Under the pieces are notes generated by a model that saw only the letters and a list, made by a program, of their open reading frames with translations, was not told where the DNA came from and searched no databases. Positions 28,708 to 38,352 of a stretch of DNA of 61,638 nucleotides are shown piece by piece. Source of the DNA: a virus (Duplodnaviria; Caudoviricetes); IMG/VR virus record IMGVR_UViG_3300007509_001035, positions 1 to 61,638 of that record; one strand, 5' to 3'. The position numbers and the translations under genes were made by a program. Within the stretch, counting starts at the first letter, position 1. Every line of letters begins with the position of its first letter.

Positions 28708-29697
28708 GTGAGCACTTATATTGATGTAAAATATATACAATTATTATCACCAACATTAGAACGATTTAAACAAAACCATCACAACCTTTGGAACTTCAGA
28801 TGTCCAATATGTGGTGATTCAGAGAAACACCAAAATAAGCGCCGTGGCTTTATATATGAGAAGGGTAATAAATACTTTTATCGTTGTCATAATTGTGACT
28901 ACGGAACCACCTTCGGTAAGTTTTTAGAAAAAGTTAATCCTGTTTTACATAAAGAATATATTACTGAACGATACAAGGAGAAACAAGATGAACCAAAAAC
29001 TATCATACCTCAATTCAATTTCAAACCAAAATTCAATCGTGTTTTACAAGGACTTTCAACTATTGAGTCCTTATTCGACAAACATCCCGCTAAGTTTTAT
29101 TTAAGACAAAGACAAATACCAGAAAAGTATTTTAGCAAACTTTATTTTTGTACGAAATTTAAAGAGTGGACTAATAAACTTATCCCAAATAAATTTCGAT
29201 CTTTAAAACAAGATACACCGAGATTGGTGATTCCGTTTTTTGATAGTAACAATAATGTCATTGGTTATCAAGGTAGATCATTTGACCCTAAAGATCAATG
29301 TAAATACATAACAATTAAATTTGAAGGAGTAGAGAACCTAATTTATGGCCAAGAGCGCATAGATAATACAGAAATTAAGTATTGTGTTGAAGGACCTTTA
29401 GATAGTTTATTTTTGCCTAATTGCTTAGCTTCGGCAGGATTAAATTTTAAAGGTATTGTTTGCGACGTAATTGTCTTGGATAATGAAAGGAGGAATATCC
29501 AAATAGTAGATGCACTAAATAAAGTAATTCAAAATGGTTATAGTGTTTGTATATGGCCTGATAGTGTAAAAGAGAAGGATATTAATGAAATGATTCTCGG
29601 TGGAAAAACTACTGATGAGATTGTAGAGATTATAAATCATAATACCTACTCAGGACTACAAGCAGATTTTCAACTGTCCCAATGGAGACGATGTTAG
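28708..29697 (+). CDS. gp61: DNA primase (T4 gp61)
   Basis: NFRCPICGDS...YRCHNC Zn finger, RLVIPF, QGRS, VEGPLDSLF, DNE, KDINEM; GTG 28708 with SD GAGG. Confidence 0.93.
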   Translation: MSTYIDVKYIQLLSPTLERFKQNHHNLWNFRCPICGDSEKHQNKRRGFIYEKGNKYFYRCHNCDYGTTFGKFLEKVNPVLHKEYITERYKEKQDEPKTIIPQFNFKPKFNRVLQGLSTIESLFDKHPAKFYLRQRQIPEKYFSKLYFCTKFKEWTNKLIPNKFRSLKQDTPRLVIPFFDSNNNVIGYQGRSFDPKDQCKYITIKFEGVENLIYGQERIDNTEIKYCVEGPLDSLFLPNCLASAGLNFKGIVCDVIVLDNERRNIQIVDALNKVIQNGYSVCIWPDSVKEKDINEMILGGKTTDEIVEIINHNTYSGLQADFQLSQWRRC

Positions 29698-29710
29698 GAG
29701 AACACAATAA

Positions 29711-29887
29711 ATGCTTTTAACAGAAGAACAAACAGAAGAATATTTAAGTGAGATGATTAATCGTTATGCAAATATAGAACAAGACGCAGTAACAAGTGAA
29801 GCATTACATAAGAAACATGCATTTCAAGATATGAAAATTGTACTTTTTGGAGATGATGATGAACGGAATCCTAAAAAGATTAAGTAA
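29711..29887 (+). CDS. 58-aa hypothetical protein (not in ORF track)
   Basis: SD AGGAG; MLLTEEQTEEYLSEMINRY... Confidence 0.6.
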   Translation: MLLTEEQTEEYLSEMINRYANIEQDAVTSEALHKKHAFQDMKIVLFGDDDERNPKKIK

Positions 29888-29939
29888 GAAAAATATTAAT
29901 GGTTTATTAGATAATTATTTGAAACAAAGGAAATAATAT

Positions 29940-31871
29940 ATGAGTGTGATAACTGATTATCAAAAATTTATACATTTGAGTAGATATGCTCGTTGGTTGG
30001 CAGATGAAAATAGACGAGAGACCTGGGAAGAAACTGTAAAGAGATACTTTGATTTTTTTGAAGAACACTTAAAGGGAAAACCAGGAGTAAAGAGTAGTAG
30101 AAAAGAATTAGAACAAGCTGTATTGAATATGGAAATTATGCCATCAATGCGTTCATTAATGACTGCCGGAGAAGCCTTGGAGCGTGATAATGTTGCAGGA
30201 TATAATTGTGCATATTTAGCTGTTAATAGAATACGAGCATTTGATGAATGTTTGTTCATTTTGATGTGCGGAACTGGTGTAGGATTTTCTGTTGAACGTA
30301 GAGAGGTGGAAAAACTTCCCGAAGTACCAGATGAGTTATTTACTACTGATACAACTATTGTTGTTGCAGATTCCAAAATTGGATGGGCGAAAGCATATAA
30401 AGAATTAATATCCATGTTATATGCAGGACAGATACCAAAATGGGATTTAACAAAAATACGAAAAGCTGGCGAAAGATTAAAAACTTTTGGTGGTAGAGCT
30501 TCAGGACCTACACCCGTGGATAATCTTTTTCGATTTACGATTGAGACATTTAAGCAATCTCTTGGTAGAAAACTTAATTCTATGGAATGCCATGATATAA
30601 TGTGTAAGATTGCTGAGATAGTTGTAGTTGGTGGTGTTAGAAGATCAGCTTTAATTTCGTTGTCTAATCTTACAGATGAAAGAATGAGAAAGGCAAAAAC
30701 AGGACAATGGTGGTTGGATAATACTCAACGTGCATTGTCTAATAATTCTGTTGTATATACAGAAACACCTGATGTAAATATATTTCTTAAAGAATGGATG
30801 GCATTGATTGAATCTAAATCGGGTGAAAGAGGTATTTTTAATCGTGAAGCAGCAAAGAAACAAGTAGAGAAACTTGGTGATCGTAGGGATGCTAACTATA
30901 ATTTTGGAACCAACCCTTGCAGTGAAATTATCCTAAGAGATAAAGAATTTTGTAATTTGACAGAAGTGGTTATCAGGCCAAATGATAAACCAGATACTCT
31001 TAAAGAGAAAGTTCGTCTTGCAACAATACTTGGAACCTGGCAGGCAACACTAACAAACTTTCGTTACTTGTCTAAAGAGTGGAAAAATAATTGTGATGAA
31101 GAAGCTTTACTTGGTGTGTCGTTAACTGGTATCATGGATAATGCATATACTAATGGTACTCATTATGGAATAAATAAGAAAGGATTACCAAAGTTGTTAA
31201 ATGAATTGAAGGAACTTGCAGTAGCAACTAATAAGTTTCATGCAAAGCAACTTGGTATTAATCCATCTGCATCTATTACTTGTGTGAAACCATCTGGTAC
31301 TGTTTCACAATTGGTTGATGCAGCTTCTGGTATTCATACACGACATTCACCATTTTATATTAGAACTGTACGAGGAGATAAGAAGGATCCTTTGTGTCAG
31401 TTTATGGTAGAGAAAGGTATTCCACATGAATCTGATGTAACTAAACCAGAACATACATGGGTATTTTCATTTCCAATTCAATCAGCTAAGTGGGCAATTT
31501 GTCGAAATGATAAGACAGCTATTGAGCAGTTAGAGTTTTGGAAATTGTATCAAGAACATTGGTGTGAACATAAACCATCAGTTACAATTACTGTAAAAGA
31601 ATCGGAGTGGATAGAGGTAGGTGCATGGGTTTATAAACATTTTGATATGATTTCTGGTATTTCATTTTTACCATATGCAGACCATTCATATAGACAAGCA
31701 CCATATCAAGATTGTACAAAAGAACAATATGAGGAATTTATTAAAGCAATGCCAAAAAAAATAAATTGGTCAGGGCTTAATAAATTTGAAAAGGAGGATC
31801 ATACTAGAGGGTCGCAAGAATACTCTTGTACCGGAGATAAGTGCGAGATAGTGGATCTTACAGGGGACTAA
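29940..31871 (+). CDS. nrdJ: class II (adenosylcobalamin-dependent) ribonucleotide reductase, monomeric type
   Basis: MPSMR, YNCAY, GGVRRSA, GTNPCSEI, TCVKPSGTVSQL, CEHKPS, C-terminal C...C pair; no adjacent beta subunit. Confidence 0.88.
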   Translation: MSVITDYQKFIHLSRYARWLADENRRETWEETVKRYFDFFEEHLKGKPGVKSSRKELEQAVLNMEIMPSMRSLMTAGEALERDNVAGYNCAYLAVNRIRAFDECLFILMCGTGVGFSVERREVEKLPEVPDELFTTDTTIVVADSKIGWAKAYKELISMLYAGQIPKWDLTKIRKAGERLKTFGGRASGPTPVDNLFRFTIETFKQSLGRKLNSMECHDIMCKIAEIVVVGGVRRSALISLSNLTDERMRKAKTGQWWLDNTQRALSNNSVVYTETPDVNIFLKEWMALIESKSGERGIFNREAAKKQVEKLGDRRDANYNFGTNPCSEIILRDKEFCNLTEVVIRPNDKPDTLKEKVRLATILGTWQATLTNFRYLSKEWKNNCDEEALLGVSLTGIMDNAYTNGTHYGINKKGLPKLLNELKELAVATNKFHAKQLGINPSASITCVKPSGTVSQLVDAASGIHTRHSPFYIRTVRGDKKDPLCQFMVEKGIPHESDVTKPEHTWVFSFPIQSAKWAICRNDKTAIEQLEFWKLYQEHWCEHKPSVTITVKESEWIEVGAWVYKHFDMISGISFLPYADHSYRQAPYQDCTKEQYEEFIKAMPKKINWSGLNKFEKEDHTRGSQEYSCTGDKCEIVDLTGD

Positions 31872-31874
31872 TCA

Positions 31875-32045
31875 ATGGATGAATACGAAATAAGATTTTA
31901 TTGTGATTCTTGTGGTCATAATTTTTGTTTAGAATTGGATGAAGATATGCCAACACCAAAGTTTTGTATATTTTGTTCGGCACCTGTTTATTTTAGAGAA
32001 GATGAAGATGAAGATGAAGATGAAGATGATGAATTCCATTTATGA
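31875..32045 (+). CDS. 56-aa zinc-ribbon protein with acidic tail (not in ORF track)
   Basis: CDSC...CIFC followed by (ED)n encoded by GAAGAT repeats; ATGA overlap with next gene. Confidence 0.65.
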   Translation: MDEYEIRFYCDSCGHNFCLELDEDMPTPKFCIFCSAPVYFREDEDEDEDEDDEFHL

Positions 32046-32548
32046 CTTCAAAAAGTAAAACAAAAGGTTCTAGCTGGGAGCGTGATGTCTGCGTCTTTCT
32101 TTCGGAATTATATGAGGATAATTTTATGCGTGTACCTAATTCCGGTGCTTATACCGGAGGAATGAATGCTCATAGAAAAGATGTATTGACTAAGGAACAA
32201 ATCAAATTGTCTAAAGGTGATATTATTCCTCCTGTATCATTTTGTAATTTTGTGGCAGAGTGCAAAAATTATGCAGATTTACCATTTCATCAATTAATTA
32301 AAAAGACAAAAATAGCTCAATTAGATACTTGGATAGAACAAGTAGAAGCCGACGCTGAAGATAAAGACCTTTGGTTACTATTCATTAAGATTACTAGAAA
32401 GGGAACTTATGTATTATATGATACAAGAAAGTTAAAACCATTACTATTTGGTGCAAGATACAGAAATTATTATATATGTGAAATGTCTTTCTTTTTTCAA
32501 AAATATAAAAACAATTGTTATAAACATTGGATTAATCCATTAAAGTGA
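32042..32548 (+). CDS. Holliday junction resolvase-like PD-(D/E)XK nuclease
   Basis: SKTKGSSWER, RVPNSGA, GDII, AECKN. Confidence 0.8.
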   Translation: MTSKSKTKGSSWERDVCVFLSELYEDNFMRVPNSGAYTGGMNAHRKDVLTKEQIKLSKGDIIPPVSFCNFVAECKNYADLPFHQLIKKTKIAQLDTWIEQVEADAEDKDLWLLFIKITRKGTYVLYDTRKLKPLLFGARYRNYYICEMSFFFQKYKNNCYKHWINPLK

Positions 32549-32555
32549 GGACGAT

Positions 32556-33602
32556 ATGGTAAAAAATAAAAAGATCAATGTAGCGTTTAATGGATTTGGT
32601 CGTATTGGAAGAAGTTTAATTCGTAAACTTATTGACAATGAAAATTATAATATTGTAGCTATTAATGCTCGTACAACTGTAGATGTTCGAACACATCTCT
32701 TTAAATATGATTCCATTTATGGTCATTTTAACGGTGAAGTAACATACGAATTAGATAATTTAATCATTAACGGAAAAACAATTCCAAACTTTGATAGGAA
32801 AACTCCTAGTAAACTTCCGTGGAAGGAATTAGAAGTTGATGTGGTTATTGATTCAACTGGTAAGTTTACAGACAAACATTCATTAGAACAACATATAGAA
32901 GCTGGTGCATCTAATGTTTTAGTAACATCACCTGCAAAGGATGTTGATGCTACTTTAATATATGGTGTGAATGAAACAGAGTATAAATTACAAGATACAA
33001 ATATTATTTCAACCTCCTCATGTACAACAACCTGCCTATCACCTCTCCTCAAAATTCTTCAAAGGAACTTTGGTATTAAATATGGTTCTGTTACAACTAT
33101 TCATTCGTTTACTATGGGTCAGACATTACTTGATTCTTCACATCCTGATTTAAGAAGAGCAAGAGCTGCAACAATGTCTATTATTCCAACAACTACTGGT
33201 GCGGCAAAGAATATAGGAATTGTTCTTCCTGAATTGGAAGGAAAATTAGACGGTTTGTCGATTCGTGTTCCAATACCTAATGTTTCCTTATTGGATATAT
33301 CAATAGAACTAGGAAAGGATATTAATGTTGATATGATTCATGATATTTTCATTCAAGAGTCTAAAGGTAAAATGAATGGTATTATTGATGTTTCGTGTGA
33401 ACCATTAGTTTCAATTGATTATATTGGAAGTCCATTTTCTTCTATAATTGATTGCTTATCTACAAAAGTTATTAACAAAAGATTCCTTAAATTACTTGCC
33501 TGGTATGATAATGAATTTGGATATAGCTGTAGGGTGTTAGATTTATTGGATTTTATCAGTAAAAAAATAGTTTCTAAGTCTATACAAACAAAGGATTTAT
33601 AA
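32556..33602 (+). CDS. gap: glyceraldehyde-3-phosphate dehydrogenase, GapB-like
   Basis: NGFGRIGR, SCTT.CL.P, DLRRARAA, IIPTTTGAAK, RVPIPNVS, AWYDNEFGYSCR. Confidence 0.93.
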   Translation: MVKNKKINVAFNGFGRIGRSLIRKLIDNENYNIVAINARTTVDVRTHLFKYDSIYGHFNGEVTYELDNLIINGKTIPNFDRKTPSKLPWKELEVDVVIDSTGKFTDKHSLEQHIEAGASNVLVTSPAKDVDATLIYGVNETEYKLQDTNIISTSSCTTTCLSPLLKILQRNFGIKYGSVTTIHSFTMGQTLLDSSHPDLRRARAATMSIIPTTTGAAKNIGIVLPELEGKLDGLSIRVPIPNVSLLDISIELGKDINVDMIHDIFIQESKGKMNGIIDVSCEPLVSIDYIGSPFSSIIDCLSTKVINKRFLKLLAWYDNEFGYSCRVLDLLDFISKKIVSKSIQTKDL

Positions 33603-33662
33603 CTCCTTGTAAATAAAGGGGTTATAGTGATTGACGGTAACTCCCTATAAAACAATGACTTA
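33575..33662. repeat. three 25-bp imperfect palindromes (IHF-like boxes)
   Basis: 33575-33599, 33600-33624, 33638-33662; consensus near TAAnnnnTTGnnnnnCAAnnnnTTA. Confidence 0.65.
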
Positions 33663-33674
33663 CAACGTCACCTT

Positions 33675-33707
33675 TTCCTTGTCTTTTAAGACCAATTTCC
33701 GTATAAT
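33675..33707 (+). promoter_or_regulatory. sigma70-like phage promoter
   Basis: TTCC-TTGTCT, 17 bp, TATAAT; second TATAAT 11 bp downstream. Confidence 0.75.
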
Positions 33708-33743
33708 AGAGGTATAATAATTAATAAAGGGAGTTTAAATAAA

Positions 33744-33941
33744 ATGAGTATTTGGGACGATCAATGGGAAGATTATGAAATAGATAAACATGATTTTGAA
33801 TGTTGGTTGGATTCTTTAGAAGGTGAAGGAACGGATATGGATAAACAAGCTGATAAAGAATGGGAAGCACAACAAAGCGTTGAATATCCAGAATGGGTAA
33901 TTACTACTCCAAATTATTTAATGACAATTTCAAATAATTAA
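33744..33941 (+). CDS. small acidic hypothetical protein
   Basis: SD GGGAG; strongly D/E-rich, first gene after promoter. Confidence 0.65.
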   Translation: MSIWDDQWEDYEIDKHDFECWLDSLEGEGTDMDKQADKEWEAQQSVEYPEWVITTPNYLMTISNN

Positions 33942-33947
33942 GATCTT

Positions 33948-34217
33948 ATGAAAAGCTGGCTTATTGAGGATTGGCAGAACAATCGTTTCCGTCTGGCTTG
34001 CGAAACGATTGGTTCTTTATGTTTCATCATCATCTATGTTTTGATGGCTTGGTATGGTGACGCTGTGAGTATTTTGTCTATATTCATTATACAGATTGTC
34101 GGTTCATCACTCCATATCATAAATGCTTATATGAGAAGTAGTGCGAACTTGATAGTTCTAAATATGATAGTAATAACAATAGCAATCTTTGGGATAGGGA
34201 GACTATATTATGAGTGA
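33948..34217 (+). CDS. small multi-pass membrane protein
   Basis: Three hydrophobic segments. Confidence 0.65.
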   Translation: MKSWLIEDWQNNRFRLACETIGSLCFIIIYVLMAWYGDAVSILSIFIIQIVGSSLHIINAYMRSSANLIVLNMIVITIAIFGIGRLYYE

Positions 34218-35076
34218 AACAAAAACATATGATCTTTTGTTATGTCAGGATGGAGTTACAAGAGCTGTTCCTGTAATTAATGGTAATTTTCAAGATCCTA
34301 GTTATGTTGATCAATGGAAAAAACCAAAAGAAGAAAAGAAAAAAGAAAAACCTAAAGTAAATATTCAAGACAGTATTCAGGCACAAGCAGAAGATTTTAT
34401 TTCTGCTATTGAGGGTCAAGTTGATGATTTTATTAATAGTGGCTATAAATTGAAATATGATTGTTATGCACATTTAAATAATATTAATTGTAAAGCTGTC
34501 CATGCAAGAAAAATGAGACAGTTTTATATTGATTGCTTTAATGAATTAGTTGATGTATACAACAAAGATGATGAATATTACTTAGAAGCATGGAGTCACT
34601 TGAAACCAAAGTATCATAAAAAGATGATGGACTTCTATGGTATTATTTGTGATGATATTGACCGTCTTATTAAAAATGCTACGGCTCAAAGAAAGCCTAG
34701 AAAGAAGAAAACTCTTTCTGCAGAAAGATTGGTTAAGAAGATGAAGTACCAAACTGAATTTCCTAAGTTGAAGTTGGTTAGCATTAATCCAGAAAAGATT
34801 ATTGGGGCCAATGAGTTGTGGGTCTACAATACTAAGTATAATCGTCTTGGTGTTTATCGTGCTGAAAACTCTATCAGGGGATTTAGCGTTAAAGGAACTA
34901 CTATTCAACATTTTGATACAACAGAATCAATTGAAAAGACAGCACGAAAACCAAATGAAGTATTGTCAAATCTTAAAAAGGGGTCGTTAAAGAAAACTTT
35001 GAAAGAAATGAAAACAAAAGAAAAACAATTAACAGGAAGAATTGGTAAAGACATAATTTTACTAGGAGTATTTTAA
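34210..35076 (+). CDS. conserved T4-like hypothetical protein
   Basis: RKPRKKK, KLVSINPEKIIGA.ELWVYNTK, SVKGTT, TGRI. Confidence 0.75.
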   Translation: MSETKTYDLLLCQDGVTRAVPVINGNFQDPSYVDQWKKPKEEKKKEKPKVNIQDSIQAQAEDFISAIEGQVDDFINSGYKLKYDCYAHLNNINCKAVHARKMRQFYIDCFNELVDVYNKDDEYYLEAWSHLKPKYHKKMMDFYGIICDDIDRLIKNATAQRKPRKKKTLSAERLVKKMKYQTEFPKLKLVSINPEKIIGANELWVYNTKYNRLGVYRAENSIRGFSVKGTTIQHFDTTESIEKTARKPNEVLSNLKKGSLKKTLKEMKTKEKQLTGRIGKDIILLGVF

Positions 35077-35360
35077 TGACAACAAAACTAATAGTTGAAG
35101 AAGTAAAAGAAAATAAAGATGGGTCTGCAACAATGATTGTAGATATGGATAATGAAACGCAATTACTTTTAATTAAAAGTGGTATGGATTACTTTTTTAA
35201 TATGTTACGAGAAAGGAATAAAGGATTTCCGGATAAAAAAAAGGATGTGTTTTCAGAAGAAATAAGAACTATAAAATTGTCAAACGAAGAAATGAGTTTG
35301 TTGATAGAATTAGCAGTTGTTGAAGCAGTAAAACTAGGTATGAAGAAAGATGAAAAATAA
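35076..35360 (+). CDS. hypothetical protein
   Basis: SD AGGAG, TAATG coupling. Confidence 0.6.
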   Translation: MTTKLIVEEVKENKDGSATMIVDMDNETQLLLIKSGMDYFFNMLRERNKGFPDKKKDVFSEEIRTIKLSNEEMSLLIELAVVEAVKLGMKKDEK

Positions 35361-35796
35361 ATTTATAGAAGCCCATTTACAGGTTGCTAGAATTTATGGA
35401 CAATTATCAACCGCTGAAAGATTAAAGGTTGGTTGTATTATTACTAAAGATGATAGAATTATTTCCATTGGATATAATGGTATGCCGGCAGGGGCATCTA
35501 ATGTCTGTGAAAAAAATGGACAGACAAAACCAGAAGTACTTCATGCTGAAGCTAATGCTATTCTAAAACTAGCTAAGTCGAATGAGTCTGGTTTAGATTC
35601 ACATATGTTTTGTACTTATGCTCCATGTGTTCATTGTGCTAAATTAATATTACAGGCAGGTATAAAAGAATTTTATTATGAAGAAGATTATAAAAATAAT
35701 GATGGTATTAAATTATTAAAAAAGTATTCCTATGTTAAAATTTGTCAATATAGAGAAGAACACAAAGGAATTTTTAAAATAGAAGAAGGTTTATAA
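35350..35796 (+). CDS. cd: dCMP deaminase
   Basis: KVGC, IGYNG, HAEANA, PCVHC. Confidence 0.92.
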   Translation: MKNKFIEAHLQVARIYGQLSTAERLKVGCIITKDDRIISIGYNGMPAGASNVCEKNGQTKPEVLHAEANAILKLAKSNESGLDSHMFCTYAPCVHCAKLILQAGIKEFYYEEDYKNNDGIKLLKKYSYVKICQYREEHKGIFKIEEGL

Positions 35797-35822
35797 CTAT
35801 ACTCATCTTAAAAGGATATATT

Positions 35823-36065
35823 ATGAAACGTGAAACGTTAATTAAAAATTTACAAAAGAATGTAATGCAAATAACATTTAATAAGGTTAGTGGCGAGGAA
35901 AGAGTAATGCATTGTACATTACATGAAACTTTTATTCCAGAAACAAGCATAAATAATAAAAAAAATAATGAAGAAGTATTACCGGTATGGGATATTGATA
36001 TCGGTGCATGGAGATCATTTCGTTTAGATACTATAACAAATGTGGCCAAACTTGAGGTAGTTTAA
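35823..36065 (+). CDS. small SH3/WYL-like protein
   Basis: F.KVSGEER.M.CTL...VWD....WRSFR. Confidence 0.7.
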   Translation: MKRETLIKNLQKNVMQITFNKVSGEERVMHCTLHETFIPETSINNKKNNEEVLPVWDIDIGAWRSFRLDTITNVAKLEVV

Positions 36066-36923
36066 ATGATACTTATTGATTTTAGTAATGTAATCGTTGG
36101 TTCGATTATGGTAGCTCATAAAGTTCCAGACGAGGAACGGTTTAGTGAAGATTTTATTCGACATTTAGTATTAAATAGTATTAGGTCATATAGAAATAAA
36201 TATAAAGATAAGTATGGTGAGATTGTAATATGTACTGATTTTCATTCGAGTTGGAGGAAAAATGTTTTTCCATACTATAAAGCTCATAGAAAGGTAGTAA
36301 GAGAAAAACAAAAAGAAGAAAAAGGTATGGACTGGAGTGCATTATTTGACACCATAAGTCGAATTATTACAGAAATTGATACATTTTTCCCTTATAAAGT
36401 AGTAAAAGTTCCTCATGCTGAAGGTGATGACGTGATTGCTGTACTTTCTAAGACATTTAAAGAGAAATCATTGATCGTTTCAAGTGATAAGGACTTTTCT
36501 CAACTTTATAAATATAAGTGGGTAAAACAATTTTCACCAATGAAGCAGAAAATGCTTAATGGAATAGATCCTTTCATATATTTAAAGGAACATATTATTC
36601 GTGGTGATAAAGGAGACGGTATTCCAAATATCCTTTCCGCTGATGATTGTATTGTTGAAGGTGTAAGACAGAAGCCTATATCCAAAAAGAAAGTATCATC
36701 TTGGCTTGTTCAAGATCCAAAAGAGTTTCCTGATGAAATGAAACGCGGTTGGATTAGAAATAAAATTTTAATCGATTTTGATTTAATTCCAAAAGATATT
36801 TCTAATGCTATACTGGAACAATATAACACAGAGAAAAAATATCAAAAAGGACAGTTAATGAATTATTTTATTAAAAATAAATTGAAATATCTTATGGAAA
36901 ATATGGGAGACTTTACAAAATGA
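36066..36923 (+). CDS. rnh: T4-type RNase H / 5'-3' exonuclease
   Basis: ILIDFS, SWRK..FPYYKAHR, EGDDVIA, SSDKDF.QL, GDKGDGIPN. Confidence 0.92.
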   Translation: MILIDFSNVIVGSIMVAHKVPDEERFSEDFIRHLVLNSIRSYRNKYKDKYGEIVICTDFHSSWRKNVFPYYKAHRKVVREKQKEEKGMDWSALFDTISRIITEIDTFFPYKVVKVPHAEGDDVIAVLSKTFKEKSLIVSSDKDFSQLYKYKWVKQFSPMKQKMLNGIDPFIYLKEHIIRGDKGDGIPNILSADDCIVEGVRQKPISKKKVSSWLVQDPKEFPDEMKRGWIRNKILIDFDLIPKDISNAILEQYNTEKKYQKGQLMNYFIKNKLKYLMENMGDFTK

Positions 36924-37354
36924 CAAAATATCTATCAGAGTTATTTGAAGAATTTGAAAAGTTAAAATCAAGAAAAGCCAAATTGGTTTTTTTAAAAGAA
37001 CAAAAAGATAACGCTATGTTTAAAGCAGTTTTACAAGGAACATTTGATCCTAATATTAAATGGCATTTTGGAAAAGAATTCCCGTCATATGTTCCAGATG
37101 ATGCACCAATAGGTTTAAATCCTTCAAACCTTCTTATGGAAATGCAAAAATGTACTGTATTTGCTATCGGACATCCAAAATCACAAGGTGTATCTGAAAA
37201 ACGAATGACTGAATTGTTGATTCAAGTGTTAGAGTCTATGCATCCTGCCGAGTCAATGATTTTTGAACAAATGTTAAAAAAGAAACTTAAAGTAAATGGA
37301 TTAACTGAAAAATTAGTCTTAGAAGCATTTCCAGATTTATATAGAAAGGTATAA
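36920..37354 (+). CDS. conserved T4-like hypothetical protein
   Basis: FDPNIKW, LLIQVLESMHPAE, LVLEAFP; follows rnh. Confidence 0.7.
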   Translation: MTKYLSELFEEFEKLKSRKAKLVFLKEQKDNAMFKAVLQGTFDPNIKWHFGKEFPSYVPDDAPIGLNPSNLLMEMQKCTVFAIGHPKSQGVSEKRMTELLIQVLESMHPAESMIFEQMLKKKLKVNGLTEKLVLEAFPDLYRKV

Positions 37355-37357
37355 AAA

Positions 37358-37672
37358 ATGGATGAATCAAAATTAAAAACAACTATTAATTATCTCCAAA
37401 AAGGGAAAAAGAAATCCAAACAATATGATGCTACTGTTATAGAAGCATTTAAAGAAAAGTATATTACAGTAGAAGTAGAATCGGTTTCTGATTTTCCTTT
37501 GAAATTAAAATGGGATAGTTTTGTTTATACAGCTACGTTTTTTGGTAATGAAATTAGTTGTCAATATAAAGTAGAGAAAGATTTTACTGCTAAAAAAATA
37601 ACAGCAGAAAGCGGTCAACCATCTGTAATTGTAAAACGAAAGGTAAGCGGCAGACCCGAAAGTCAACAATAA
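37358..37672 (+). CDS. hypothetical protein
   Basis: 104 aa ORF in operon. Confidence 0.6.
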   Translation: MDESKLKTTINYLQKGKKKSKQYDATVIEAFKEKYITVEVESVSDFPLKLKWDSFVYTATFFGNEISCQYKVEKDFTAKKITAESGQPSVIVKRKVSGRPESQQ

Positions 37673-37684
37673 GGAGGATCTTGA

Positions 37685-38083
37685 ATGTATATTTCTAAAG
37701 ATAACTATATCATTCAGGAAATACGAAAACAAATACAAGATGAATTTGTACCAACGAAAAGTATAATAACAAGATGGTTTAATATATTTAATTCCGAAAT
37801 ATTCAATAATAATATACATCCATTTAATGATATTGAAATAAAAAGAAAGCAAGGTTGTCATGCGGAACATATTCCATTTGAAGATAGCTATGGAAACATA
37901 TATGCTACACTTTCAATAAACAAAAAGTTTTTTAATAAAAATGAATTTCTTTACACATTAGCCCATGAAATGATTCACCAATGGCAATGGATGAATTTAT
38001 ATAAATCAGATCATGGTAAAACGTTTTGGAAATGGAAAGCTAAATTAGCACAATTTGAAATACCTTTAGGAGTTAGCATATAA
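37685..38083 (+). CDS. SprT-like zinc metalloprotease
   Basis: FNSEIF, TLAHEMIHQWQ, HGKTF. Confidence 0.8.
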   Translation: MYISKDNYIIQEIRKQIQDEFVPTKSIITRWFNIFNSEIFNNNIHPFNDIEIKRKQGCHAEHIPFEDSYGNIYATLSINKKFFNKNEFLYTLAHEMIHQWQWMNLYKSDHGKTFWKWKAKLAQFEIPLGVSI

Positions 38084-38352
38084 TGCCAATATATAATTTT
38101 GAATGTAATAATTGTTCACATGAATTTGAACAACAACATACAATTGCAAAGAGAGACACACCATTAAAAGAACCGTGTCCAGTTTGTTATCATATTGGAT
38201 ATATTAAGAGAGTTATTGCGTCACCAAATCTAGGTGATCCTTTCAAACTTGAAACAACAAAAGGTTTACAAAAACCATCAAATGAATTTAATGACAGGTT
38301 AAGAGAAATTAAAAAAAAATATCCTAAAAATAAAATAGAGGTAAGAGAATGA
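38083..38352 (+). CDS. FmdB-family zinc-ribbon protein
   Basis: MPIYNFECNNC...PCPVC. Confidence 0.8.
   Translation: MPIYNFECNNCSHEFEQQHTIAKRDTPLKEPCPVCYHIGYIKRVIASPNLGDPFKLETTKGLQKPSNEFNDRLREIKKKYPKNKIEVRE

Noticed and set aside
7124-31871. Inteins or introns in gp43, gp41, gp61 or nrdJ
   Set aside because: All are of ordinary length, with continuous motifs and no splice-junction or homing-endonuclease signatures
29940-31871. Class I NrdA
   Set aside because: Short length, no ATP cone, no C-terminal YY radical pair and no adjacent nrdB; motifs fit class II
31998-32033. GAAGAT microsatellite as a phase-variation tract
   Set aside because: The 6-nt unit keeps frame and just encodes an acidic tail
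32556-33602. Host contamination or chimeric join at the metabolic genes
   Set aside because: They are tightly interleaved with T4 core genes and share composition and phage promoter motifs; read coverage would confirm
33575-33662. CRISPR-like mini-array
   Set aside because: Units are degenerate and abut without unique spacers; no cas operon (39844 is a common phage exonuclease)
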